A DNA stretch of 64,000 nucleotides from Gammaproteobacteria bacterium (GTDB taxonomy: Bacteria > Pseudomonadota > Gammaproteobacteria > Eutrophobiales > Eutrophobiaceae), in assembly GCA_965238225.1 (NCBI GenBank), contig OZ250183.1, positions 1,152,001 through 1,216,000 of the forward strand, in the 5' to 3' direction. A program made the translations under genes and the position numbers. Position 1 is the first letter of the stretch; each line of letters opens with the position of its first letter. The notes below the pieces were generated by a model. The model did no database searches. It was not told where the DNA came from and saw only the letters and a list, made by a program, of their open reading frames with translations. This document shows, piece by piece, positions 36,323 to 45,588 of the stretch.

Positions 36323-37027
36323 ATGGACATTATTCCTGTTATTGATATTTGCCAAAATCAAGCTGTCCATGCTATCAAAGGACAGCGGGGAAATTATCGT
36401 TTACTACAGACACCTTTTTGCAATAGTCATGCTCCTTGTGACATTGTACAAGCCTTCATTGATAAATACCCATTTGAAACAATTTATATTGCTGACCTTG
36501 ATGCTATCCAAGGCATTAAAGATAACGAACAACTAATTGAACAATTACTAGATAAATTTCAGGAAGTATTATTCTGGACTGATCAAGGCATATCTTCAAC
36601 AACCGATCTGAAAATTCAGTCACGTAGGCAACATGTCATCGGTAGCGAAACAAACATATCTCCTGAGATGCTCGGCGAGATGATTACAATAGAACCGGAA
36701 ATCATTCTTTCTTTAGATTTCCAAATAAAAACTTTTCTTGGTCACCATGGTCTATTGCAAAAAATAGATCTGTGGCCGGATAGAATTATCATTATGAGCC
36801 TATCGCAAGTTGGCTCAAATAAAGGACCAGATTATAAATTGATTACCGATATACAAAAAATAGCAGGAAATAGAAAGATATTTGTCGCAGGCGGTGTGCG
36901 AAATGAGGATGATCTATATTCATTAAAAGATATGGGTATTGATGGTGCGCTAATAGCAACTGCATTACACACCCAACAGATAACACCTGACATTCTTAAT
37001 AAAATTTGCAAAAAAAATGCCCCATAA
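36323..37027 (+). CDS. HisA/HisF-related TIM-barrel protein (Orf17 of H4MPT clusters)
   Basis: MDIIPVIDI...VHAIKGQR..Y, YIADLDAI, AGGVR, ATALH; ATG 36323 matches the family N-terminus. Confidence 0.87.
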   Translation: MDIIPVIDICQNQAVHAIKGQRGNYRLLQTPFCNSHAPCDIVQAFIDKYPFETIYIADLDAIQGIKDNEQLIEQLLDKFQEVLFWTDQGISSTTDLKIQSRRQHVIGSETNISPEMLGEMITIEPEIILSLDFQIKTFLGHHGLLQKIDLWPDRIIIMSLSQVGSNKGPDYKLITDIQKIAGNRKIFVAGGVRNEDDLYSLKDMGIDGALIATALHTQQITPDILNKICKKNAP

Positions 37028-37036
37028 ACGGGGCAT
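37010..37036 (-). terminator. Intrinsic terminator after fae
   Basis: ATGCCCC-ATAAAC-GGGGCAT preceded by an A run (U tract on the - strand). Confidence 0.7.
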
Positions 37037-37099
37037 AAATAATAAAACTATACTGCAAGACAGCTTAAGATTATTTTTATATATATTTAACTACATACT

Positions 37100-37612
37100 T
37101 TAATCATGCGCGGCGAAAGGATGTCCTGCAGAACCGCGTTTACTCAATACTTCAGAAGCTTTTGGTTCGCGAGCCACAGCACGTTTGATTGAAAGCTTGG
37201 TAGCTTCATAGTTATAGTCCTGAATCTTAACATCATCATCAGCTTCCCAGTGAATGAATACACCAACACTAACAAAGATATCATCAGCTTCGTTGGCTGG
37301 AATAGTACCGTCTTCAACACAATCCATAACCGCCATAGCAACAGCACGCTGCGCAGGACCAAACATTTGAACAGCTTGCTTAGCACCTTTGATGGTTACT
37401 TTATTAAAAAGAATTGTATTAGGCTTGCAAACAAGGTTTGGGGCAACAACAGCCAATAGAGTGCTGAAACCATCTTTATTGTTTGTCAGCGCGTTACAAA
37501 AAGAGGTTTCTGCAGCACTTCCGCGAGGACCCATCATCAGATCAATATGGGCAACTTCGTTACCATCGCCAACCAATGCTTCACCAAGTAATACCTTGTC
37601 AATAACCGCCAT
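37100..37612 (-). CDS. fae: Formaldehyde-activating enzyme (alternative in-frame ATG at 37663)
   Basis: [43 protein letters not shown]; GGAGGAGG RBS before 37612. Confidence 0.97.
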   Translation of the reverse strand: MAVIDKVLLGEALVGDGNEVAHIDLMMGPRGSAAETSFCNALTNNKDGFSTLLAVVAPNLVCKPNTILFNKVTIKGAKQAVQMFGPAQRAVAMAVMDCVEDGTIPANEADDIFVSVGVFIHWEADDDVKIQDYNYEATKLSIKRAVAREPKASEVLSKRGSAGHPFAAHD

Positions 37613-37762
37613 TTTCTTACCTCCTCCAGCTAGAAAGCCAAACAGTTTTCCAAGTATCGACATGTCTGTTTTCCTGATTTTAAGTAGTTTAACAATATTG
37701 AGGATAGCTCCCCATACCCAAATAAACTGACGCACAGGCAAATGCCTGTAACACCAACAATC

Positions 37763-38620
37763 TTATAAATTTGCACTTTTCAAACGGTAAACCAGAAGGC
37801 TTGCAGCAGTTAAGTCTGCGTGGGTTCCTGGATTAATACCTTTTTGTTTTAGTGTCCTGTCAAATTCTACCAATAGCTCAGTCATCTCTTCCGGATGATT
37901 CCTAGTCTGCAATTCCCGAGCAATAGGCACTGCATTTATTCTTGTTTGTTCAGCAACCTCATCGCCATATTTGCGCCTGATATGAGAATCAGGAAACCGA
38001 GCCATAAATTCCATATAGCAGACTGCAGATGCCCATTGTACATTATCCCGCCGCAGTGAAAAGTCCTTTATACACTTAAATCCCGTGGAAAATATATCCG
38101 CGAAGTCTGTAACATACTGTTTTGCAATCAAGTCCCTGTTTTGTGCGGCTGTCATTGCCAATTTCAAGGTAATATTGCCCTTCAATTTTTTATTCACATC
38201 ATATTGCTCACACGCACCCAGCCCCCCAGGATTAGCATGGCTAATGGCTCTGAAGATACAGTCCGTATCCTTTGTGTCCAGTGCCTGCAACACCATTGCC
38301 AGATTCAAATGCAGTGATGAAACCCCAAGCTCTGCAGCTCGAACTAAGGGGGCAAATAATAGCAACATCCCCAGATTGGTATTGCATCCAACCTCGGATA
38401 TCGTCATTTTCACACTTTCTAATATACGCTCTCCCACTGACAATGATGTATTACACAATATTGGGCTGGTTAATTCTGCGCTTTTAAGAAAATCAGTCAC
38501 TGTCATGTCGTGACCTTCGGAATAAAAACTGACGTTCCCGGGTTTCAAAGCATGCACCTCTGAGATGAAACTATTCATCACTACATCCTGAAATCTAGAT
38601 GCTTGGCCAAGACGTGCCAT
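37763..38620 (-). CDS. CitG-like triphosphoribosyl-dephospho-CoA synthase family protein (Orf7)
   Basis: KPGNV, NTNLGMLLL, PDSHIRRKYG, INPGTHADL. Confidence 0.87.
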   Translation of the reverse strand: MARLGQASRFQDVVMNSFISEVHALKPGNVSFYSEGHDMTVTDFLKSAELTSPILCNTSLSVGERILESVKMTISEVGCNTNLGMLLLFAPLVRAAELGVSSLHLNLAMVLQALDTKDTDCIFRAISHANPGGLGACEQYDVNKKLKGNITLKLAMTAAQNRDLIAKQYVTDFADIFSTGFKCIKDFSLRRDNVQWASAVCYMEFMARFPDSHIRRKYGDEVAEQTRINAVPIARELQTRNHPEEMTELLVEFDRTLKQKGINPGTHADLTAASLLVYRLKSANL

Positions 38621-38625
38621 ACGCT

Positions 38626-39546
38626 TTAGGACAAAACGGTAAGCGAATTAGCACTGCCAAGGCGATTGACCATGGCATTAATTAAGCTTGATGCAATATT
38701 AAATTCCGTATGTTTTTGTAGTCCTTGCCATGCAGGAATACTATTTATTTCAATAACTTGAAGATTACATTTAACGTCAGATATTAAATCAATTCCGGCA
38801 TAATCTACACCAACAGCTGTTGCAGCTGCTTCTGACAGTAAGCGCAGGCTGGGATACAGTGTCAGTGCCTCACATTGTGCGCCTTGTGCACGATTAGTCA
38901 GCCAGTGTGTGTTGCGTCGTAACATTGCAGAAACTGCTTTATTATCAATTACTAACACTCTAATATCAAATGGATTATTATGACCACAATCAACATAAGA
39001 CTGCAAATAATAAACACCTGCAAATGTTTCTTCATGTCTTAGGCTCGTTTTTGAGTCAAGCAGTTGTACGCCAATGCCTTGTGAGCCAAAAAGTGGTTTT
39101 GAAACCAGTTTTCTCTGCTTTTTACATTCTTGCTGATAAATAAATTCAGCTTTTTCTTTTGATTCACATACCCATGTATTTGGTGTAGGAATGTGTGCTT
39201 TTTTAAGCAAAAGACTGGTCATGGCTTTATCGACTGTTCGCTCAATACTGCGCGGGTTGTTGTACACGACAATACCCATTTCAGATAAAGCATGTAAGAT
39301 ATTTAATCGGAATATTACCTGTTCAAGCGTACCGCCCGGTACACCTCTTACAAAGACAGCTAAAGGGTCTTGTTCAAACCCAGGGAGTTTAATTTTAGTG
39401 CCAAATTTACCAATATCTATATGGCAATCTGTAAGCGAAATATACTGACTGGTCAATCCATGCGTAGTCAATGCTTCTTTTAACTGACCTCCGTGCCAAG
39501 CAGGCTCATCTGTAACTATTGCAACTTTTGGTGTTATATCAGCCAC
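38626..39546 (-). CDS. RimK-family ATP-grasp glutamate ligase (Orf5)
   Basis: GGTLEQVIFRL, ERTVDK, KPLFGSQG, TNRAQGA, EINSIPAW. Confidence 0.9.
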   Translation of the reverse strand: MADITPKVAIVTDEPAWHGGQLKEALTTHGLTSQYISLTDCHIDIGKFGTKIKLPGFEQDPLAVFVRGVPGGTLEQVIFRLNILHALSEMGIVVYNNPRSIERTVDKAMTSLLLKKAHIPTPNTWVCESKEKAEFIYQQECKKQRKLVSKPLFGSQGIGVQLLDSKTSLRHEETFAGVYYLQSYVDCGHNNPFDIRVLVIDNKAVSAMLRRNTHWLTNRAQGAQCEALTLYPSLRLLSEAAATAVGVDYAGIDLISDVKCNLQVIEINSIPAWQGLQKHTEFNIASSLINAMVNRLGSANSLTVLS

Positions 39547-40531
39547 ATTTACTGCTGAATGATTTATCTAATAATGCCAAATCAATTTTTCCAGCATGGA
39601 AAGTATTGCCACTGTCCATTGCAGTCACAGCAACTCTGGCGGGGCCAAACAGCATAGGATCAATCTTATAAAAATCATATGCCATATCCTTAAGCGCCTC
39701 ACCAAAAAGTTTTCCACAATCATTTGATATATTACTTGGTAAATTATTTGCTAATTCTTCGGTCTCTTTATCGTTTGCCTGTACAAATAAATGAACTTGA
39801 CCAGCAAATAAAATGGCATCGTTAGTGCGGCTTATTGCTGTTAGAAAATCTTTCCCCGGCGGGCAAATAGGTGCACTGCCAGCGCCATCAACGACCTTAG
39901 ACAAATTAAAACCCAGCACATAAACTTTATGTAATGCGGTTTCCAGCACCCTAGAGACAATTTGAACACTGCCACACAAGCTTGATGTTGGCGTGATGAT
40001 TAAGGTCAATTTATCTGCAGAGATAGCACACATTTCGGCAATCTTATACGCGATTTCAACAGGGGGGATGCTGTCAGATTCTATGACCAAGCATGTTGAT
40101 TCAGTTTTATCCTTGTAGCCAAGTTCATCAAACAATTTTTCCTTACTCCCCACTGCACGGCCAGGCCCAGACCCCAACACATTATAAACACCCTCACCTT
40201 CGCCATGAGAAAGATTCCAGCCAGCATATTGGCTCGCCAAACATGAAATAACCGGATGCGATGTGTGAACATCTACATGCCAGAACCAATTTTTAAAATC
40301 GGTTGATGCACGAAGTTTGACGCTACCCAAGCCGCCTAAACAGATTTCTGAAATTAAACGTCCCGCCTCGAGCCCGCCTCTGACATTGATTCCGGCATCT
40401 ATAACTGTTGTACCGCTATCTAATTTTGAGATGCCTAAGCGCAGGGCATCGGCATTATCAACTAAAGATTGCACAATAGATGCGCTTAAAGTATTAACGC
40501 TAGGGAAATCGCTATTATTCAGTGTCGACAT
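39539..40531 (-). CDS. mch: Methenyl-H4MPT cyclohydrolase
   Basis: EICLGGLG, CLASQYAGW, GSGPGRA, SRVLETALHK, RTNDAIL, DFYKIDP. Confidence 0.96.
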   Translation of the reverse strand: MSTLNNSDFPSVNTLSASIVQSLVDNADALRLGISKLDSGTTVIDAGINVRGGLEAGRLISEICLGGLGSVKLRASTDFKNWFWHVDVHTSHPVISCLASQYAGWNLSHGEGEGVYNVLGSGPGRAVGSKEKLFDELGYKDKTESTCLVIESDSIPPVEIAYKIAEMCAISADKLTLIITPTSSLCGSVQIVSRVLETALHKVYVLGFNLSKVVDGAGSAPICPPGKDFLTAISRTNDAILFAGQVHLFVQANDKETEELANNLPSNISNDCGKLFGEALKDMAYDFYKIDPMLFGPARVAVTAMDSGNTFHAGKIDLALLDKSFSSKCG

Positions 40532-40764
40532 TAAGGGCTTATCTGCTTATCTTGATTGGGTGGTTTAAATATTTTTTATGATTGATTTATCATTTTAAGA
40601 AATTCTCATTAGAATTCTGATTCTCTAAAGTGTCCTCGTTATAAATAGCTAAATTGCCTAGAATATCTTATCCCTCACTTCCTTATCTTCAAGCCTTAGC
40701 TTTAAAGTCAATGACCACTCATCATCATTTTGACTGTAAATCTTACCAATTATTACGTCAAATA

Positions 40765-41931
40765 CTATACTGCTGTGAATGACAGCCCCAATAACGCGCT
40801 TTGTCTCGCAAATCTCTTCATTAACTGTGCTTTGGCATCCTTTTCATCAATGCCTTCTGCATGTACTGTACAAACAGGCTCGCCTTGTGCGATGCGCGTG
40901 CCTTGCTTTGGTCTATCAGTGACCCACTTAGGCCACGCTAGTTGCGGTATTACAATACTTCTCTTCGCATACAATACCCGAAGCGCACGCGATATATCTT
41001 GATTTAGCACAGGCGCTGTGACCGTTCCACTAAAGGCGGCCAGATGCTCGCTAAATAGGCCGTTTTCGTTTTCATATAGCTCAAACGTTGCCGTAGGGCG
41101 TGGATTTACTTCAAGAATAGAATATTGTCCTGATTTTTCAACAATAAAATCCAGACTGCACAGACCTTTTATTTTAAATAATACAACCAATCGTTGAATG
41201 GCATCAATCACATTTTGACGCAATTTATCCGCCAAGTTTATATTTGAAACCGCACCAGAAAATCTAAAATCACTGCCCTCCTTGCATACCCATGTTTCGT
41301 TAAAGCCGAGCACGCACGATGACATCCCATCGGCAAGAAATGTTACTGAGCAATTCTTTCCTCTTAACCAAGCTTGCAAATAATTGGCGGGTGTTAGTAG
41401 CTTATCATTTTTGTAAGGCTTAATATGACACCCGCCGATCCCACCTACTGCCTTAATTAGAAAGTTATCCTTAGTTGCATGATTCTGAACTACATCATCT
41501 GTACCAGCAAAATATACTGGGTAAGGTAATGCTAATTCTTGCAGTTTTTTGAAAAAAATATTGGGATTTCTTAGCTGCCTGACAACACTAGAATGATTGC
41601 CTATCACTATAAATCTTTGTTCTAATTGCATCAACACATCCGGACATTCCTCAAACCCGCTGCCAATAAACACACTGAGCTTAGGATTATTTTTTGTGTA
41701 TTTATTAACAAGCTTGATTAATGTATCAGAATTATTTCCACCGCTAAATCCAGAGACAGCATTGCTTGAGCATGTATCTTTTACAGTGTCTTCGTCTGCA
41801 AAAAGATCAATGACATGCGTATCAATCCTTGCACGTTTCGCTGATCCGGCTAAGGCGCGACCAGATTGTGAAATGATCAGGTATTGTTTATTTTTCTGTA
41901 TACCCCTGCGCAATCTTGAAGGCCTCTTCAT
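40765..41931 (-). CDS. ATP-grasp domain protein (OrfY of H4MPT clusters)
   Basis: SGRALA, IDLFADED, GSGFE, GGIGG, LEVNPRPTAT, GEPVCTV. Confidence 0.85.
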   Translation of the reverse strand: MKRPSRLRRGIQKNKQYLIISQSGRALAGSAKRARIDTHVIDLFADEDTVKDTCSSNAVSGFSGGNNSDTLIKLVNKYTKNNPKLSVFIGSGFEECPDVLMQLEQRFIVIGNHSSVVRQLRNPNIFFKKLQELALPYPVYFAGTDDVVQNHATKDNFLIKAVGGIGGCHIKPYKNDKLLTPANYLQAWLRGKNCSVTFLADGMSSCVLGFNETWVCKEGSDFRFSGAVSNINLADKLRQNVIDAIQRLVVLFKIKGLCSLDFIVEKSGQYSILEVNPRPTATFELYENENGLFSEHLAAFSGTVTAPVLNQDISRALRVLYAKRSIVIPQLAWPKWVTDRPKQGTRIAQGEPVCTVHAEGIDEKDAKAQLMKRFARQSALLGLSFTAV

Positions 41932-42793
41932 AGTCTAGATACAGTGGCTTATCTGTGTTTTTCATTAACTCAAACATACGACAATGTACCTTATACTTTA
42001 CATCACCTATCGCTAATGCACCTATACCTACGGCTTTCTGTGGTGTGAAATCGAGCACTTTACCCATATCATGGGTCTCAACACCTTCTATGCCCAGTGG
42101 AGGAACAGCATTTACATCTGCTGCTGCGAGCAGGCGCTTTGCCTTTAGTAATTGTGCTTTTGATAACACCTGTAAGCCAGCTTTGGCAGAGCCGATAACA
42201 ATATCCGCACTTCGAATAATTTCACTGAGCGCCGCATCACTGCTGCCATCCCCGCCTTTCATTTTTACACCAAATTTTTCATTATTTTTTTCGGCAAAAT
42301 CTTGCGCTACATCAAGCCCTCGACTGCTGAGTAAATGGACATCAACACCACAGTTTGCAGCAATAATGCCAGCACACACGCCGACGGGACCTGTCCCCCC
42401 AATAATGTACATATTCTTACCTTCCAGTGGGTTGCCTGTTTTATTTTTTATGCACTGTTCCACACAAGCTATTATGGCTGCTGCTGTGGTTATTGCGCCA
42501 CTTGGGTCGGCAAATACCGAAATTTCAAAAGGGGGTACCATTGCAGCCTTGGCTCGATGCAACATGTCCATGGCCAAATCAAATGAACGGCCGCCGATAA
42601 AGACACTCGTTCTTTTTAAACCTGCAGAACCTCTAGAGAAAATGGCATCTTGAGTAAGCGTATGAATATCATCCAGTGTCACATTAGTGTAAGGAATGAC
42701 ATCATCATACTCTGCCTCATAAGCCATATTGACATCAAATGGACTGACGTTTTTACTTGGGTTAAACATATGCAGCAAATAGGGACTTTTCAT
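41888..42793 (-). CDS. mtdB: NAD(P)-dependent methylene-H4MPT dehydrogenase
   Basis: LLHMFNPSKNVSPFDVNMAY (MtdB-type N-terminus), DPSGAITTAA, GGTGPVG, DVNAVPP. Confidence 0.93.
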   Translation of the reverse strand: MKSPYLLHMFNPSKNVSPFDVNMAYEAEYDDVIPYTNVTLDDIHTLTQDAIFSRGSAGLKRTSVFIGGRSFDLAMDMLHRAKAAMVPPFEISVFADPSGAITTAAAIIACVEQCIKNKTGNPLEGKNMYIIGGTGPVGVCAGIIAANCGVDVHLLSSRGLDVAQDFAEKNNEKFGVKMKGGDGSSDAALSEIIRSADIVIGSAKAGLQVLSKAQLLKAKRLLAAADVNAVPPLGIEGVETHDMGKVLDFTPQKAVGIGALAIGDVKYKVHCRMFELMKNTDKPLYLDYEEAFKIAQGYTEK

Positions 42794-42835
42794 TTATTAT
42801 TTACCTTTAAAGTCTCAATTGTTGCGCCTCGTTTA

Positions 42836-43858
42836 TTATGAGTTAGAATTGATACTTAAATGCCCTGAGTCATCTCCAGCGTTAAATATTATATCCGCCT
42901 TCCTGTTACGTGCTCGACATAACATAAAACTGATATCGCCTTCATCTTGCCAAATCTCATGCGCCTCACGCATACGCTGAGATGCCTGAGCTTCATCGGC
43001 AAACAGTGCAAACCCTGTTGGTCCCCATGAACTTTGTCCGCAGCCTGCTGATCCATGCTCGCTAAACCATGGTAATATCTTGCTCACTGTCACGCTACTG
43101 TATCGCCCGCCCTGCACATCTTGAAAATAATCGCCAACCATTTCTTGAATAGTTTGAATTGCAGCTCCAAATTGTTCGCAATCTTCCTCTATTAATGCAG
43201 GCAATGTTTGCATGAGCACAATTCGGCATATTGAAGCGGAAACCTGTTCATTCATTGCGGGCAATTGCGTAAACGCTTTGCGCTCAGCCAAACCATTCAT
43301 ACCTTGAGTGTTTTTATCAAAGATTAAAACAACACGCCATTCTGATGGGAACGGGATATGACTTACAATAGGCGGTATATCAGTATGCTTACCGCGACCA
43401 CCATCAACCAAAAAACCGCCCATAAAAAAGGTTCCGACGCCGATACCTGAACGTGATCCTCTTTCCAACACATTTGCTATTTCTCTTGTAGAGGTTGCAA
43501 TGTCAAATAATTGCGTAATCACTGTTGCCACTGCAAGTGAAAGTTGCGTACCAGAACCCAGACCTGCATGTTCCGGGATGGCTTCATGTATTGTAATGGC
43601 GATGCCGGATTCTATATTAAAGTGTGTGACGATTTTTTTGATATATTTTAGCACTCTTTGACTAGACTGTCCTTCTGCGCGTATTTCTTCTGACCTGCAG
43701 GCTGTTAAATGCGTGCTTATCTCAGCAAGACATAAACCCAAACTGCCAAAATAACGCCCCATACCACCATGCATATCCATAAACCCCAGATGTAGGCGCG
43801 CGGGTGCAATAACGCTGACTGACTCATGAGTATTAGATAAAAATTTTTTATTTTTCAT
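42836..43858 (-). CDS. mptG: Beta-ribofuranosylaminobenzene 5'-phosphate synthase
   Basis: PARLHLGF, HAGLGSGTQL, RSGIG, GGFLVDGG, GQSSWGPT. Confidence 0.93.
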   Translation of the reverse strand: MKNKKFLSNTHESVSVIAPARLHLGFMDMHGGMGRYFGSLGLCLAEISTHLTACRSEEIRAEGQSSQRVLKYIKKIVTHFNIESGIAITIHEAIPEHAGLGSGTQLSLAVATVITQLFDIATSTREIANVLERGSRSGIGVGTFFMGGFLVDGGRGKHTDIPPIVSHIPFPSEWRVVLIFDKNTQGMNGLAERKAFTQLPAMNEQVSASICRIVLMQTLPALIEEDCEQFGAAIQTIQEMVGDYFQDVQGGRYSSVTVSKILPWFSEHGSAGCGQSSWGPTGFALFADEAQASQRMREAHEIWQDEGDISFMLCRARNRKADIIFNAGDDSGHLSINSNS

Positions 43859-43931
43859 TTAGTTAAGGTTTATTTGAAATGTTTTATATTAATTCATGAA
43901 AAGGCTAATTTTGTATCATATGCAAGCAAAG

Positions 43932-43953
43932 ATGCGCTTAGTTTTAAGCGCAT
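43932..43953. promoter_or_regulatory. Palindrome in the divergent mptG/fhcB intergenic region
   Basis: ATGCGCTTA-GTTT-TAAGCGCAT. Confidence 0.45.
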
Positions 43954-44295
43954 TGATTCTTAAAAATAGCGACTCTAAAATAGAGTAACAGTACCAAACG
44001 ACCATCCAATTAAGTTTGGCAACCGTTGTACGCGCTTACGGACAACACATATTATATGGATATGATAATTATATGGATATAATAAAAACAAATTGTAGTA
44101 GAAATTCCACAGAAATGATTCCAAGAAGACAATCCCACAATATTAAACCATTATACTATAGCGGTTTGCGTACTATAATGCCTTAATGTTGTCCGAGTAA
44201 TATGTTGTCTAGGCTAAATTAAGGCGGAAGAATAAACCTATAATATTAAGTCTTTTACCTATTTCCTTATATTAAAAAGGAATGATTTTACTGAA

Positions 44296-45573
44296 ATGAG
44301 CATAAAACAATCTCTGGTGACAAAATATAAGGATGTACCCTGTCCGTTTTGCAGCATCCACTGTGATGATTTAATCATTCACAATCAGTCTGGAAAACTC
44401 AAAATTAAAAAAAATGCTTGTCCTATAGCGTTAGATCGTTTCGAGCGTATCTTACCTCAAAGCCATGCAACTGTCTGCAGCAAAATCACAACACTGGATA
44501 AAGCTATTAAACACAGTGTAAAAATCTTAAAAAGATCAAATAGGCCTTTAATTGCAGGCTTAGGCACAGATGTAGGGGGTATGCGTTCTGTGATGGAACT
44601 CGCGGATAAAACGGGTGCTATTATTGACCATATGTTTAACGATGGCTTAACGCGCAATTTTCTTGTGCTGCAAGAATCTGGTTGGGTCATGACAACCATG
44701 GGAGAAATCAAAAATCGCGCTGATCTGATTATTTTTGCTGGTACCGACGCAAGGAATTACCCTAGATTTTATGAGCGTATTGTCTGGAATAAAAAATCTC
44801 TTTTCATATCTCTCAGCAAAAAGCGCAACATTGTGTATCTTGGTGAAAATTTGGATACATCTCAAGGAATCTCCCCTGCAGGCAAGAGACCAACACACCT
44901 TAAATGTCCACAAAATAGTATAGGTGAGCTTGTCGCTGTCTTGCATGCGCTTATTAGAGGAAATAAAATACAACAGAAAAATAAAGTTGTTGGCATCAAA
45001 ATGGAGCGGCTAGAAAAGCTTGCTAAGCAGATGATGAATGCCAGCTATGGTGTCATCGTATGGGCGCCCGGTGAAATGGATTTTCCACATGCTGAATTAA
45101 GCATCCAGAATTTTTGTGAAATAGCCAAGTATTTGAACAGAAAAACACGATTCACAGGATTCTCTCTCGGGGGTAATGATGGCGGCATGAGTGCCAATAG
45201 TGTCAGCGCTTGGCAAAGCGGCTTCCCATTACGTGTTAATTTTAACAAAGGTTATCCAGAACATGATTTGCAAGAATATGCAACGGCAGATGTAATCAAA
45301 AACGAGGAAACAGATGCGCTTGTCTGGATATCAAGCTTTAATCCTAAAATAAAACCTCCACACACAAAAAAACCAACAATTATCCTAGCAACGCCTGATG
45401 CCAAACTTAATTTCAAACCGGAAGTTTTCATTCCAGTAAGTACGCCAGGTGTAGATCACAGCGGGCAAATTGTCCGAACAGACGGTGTTGTTTCGTTACC
45501 GTTAAAACAAATACGCAAGCAAGCGCACCCAAGTGTTAAAGAAGTTGTGCGCCGCATTGCTAAATTAATTTAG
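44296..45573 (+). CDS. fhcB: Formyltransferase/hydrolase complex subunit B
   Basis: CPFCSIHCDDL, TTMGEIKNRAD, WQSGFPLR, TPGVDH, RTDGVV. Confidence 0.92.
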   Translation: MSIKQSLVTKYKDVPCPFCSIHCDDLIIHNQSGKLKIKKNACPIALDRFERILPQSHATVCSKITTLDKAIKHSVKILKRSNRPLIAGLGTDVGGMRSVMELADKTGAIIDHMFNDGLTRNFLVLQESGWVMTTMGEIKNRADLIIFAGTDARNYPRFYERIVWNKKSLFISLSKKRNIVYLGENLDTSQGISPAGKRPTHLKCPQNSIGELVAVLHALIRGNKIQQKNKVVGIKMERLEKLAKQMMNASYGVIVWAPGEMDFPHAELSIQNFCEIAKYLNRKTRFTGFSLGGNDGGMSANSVSAWQSGFPLRVNFNKGYPEHDLQEYATADVIKNEETDALVWISSFNPKIKPPHTKKPTIILATPDAKLNFKPEVFIPVSTPGVDHSGQIVRTDGVVSLPLKQIRKQAHPSVKEVVRRIAKLI

Positions 45574-45588
45574 GTAGTATAAAGCATT

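Noticed and set aside
41955-42653. 232-aa plus-strand ORF
   Set aside because: Antisense shadow of mtdB.
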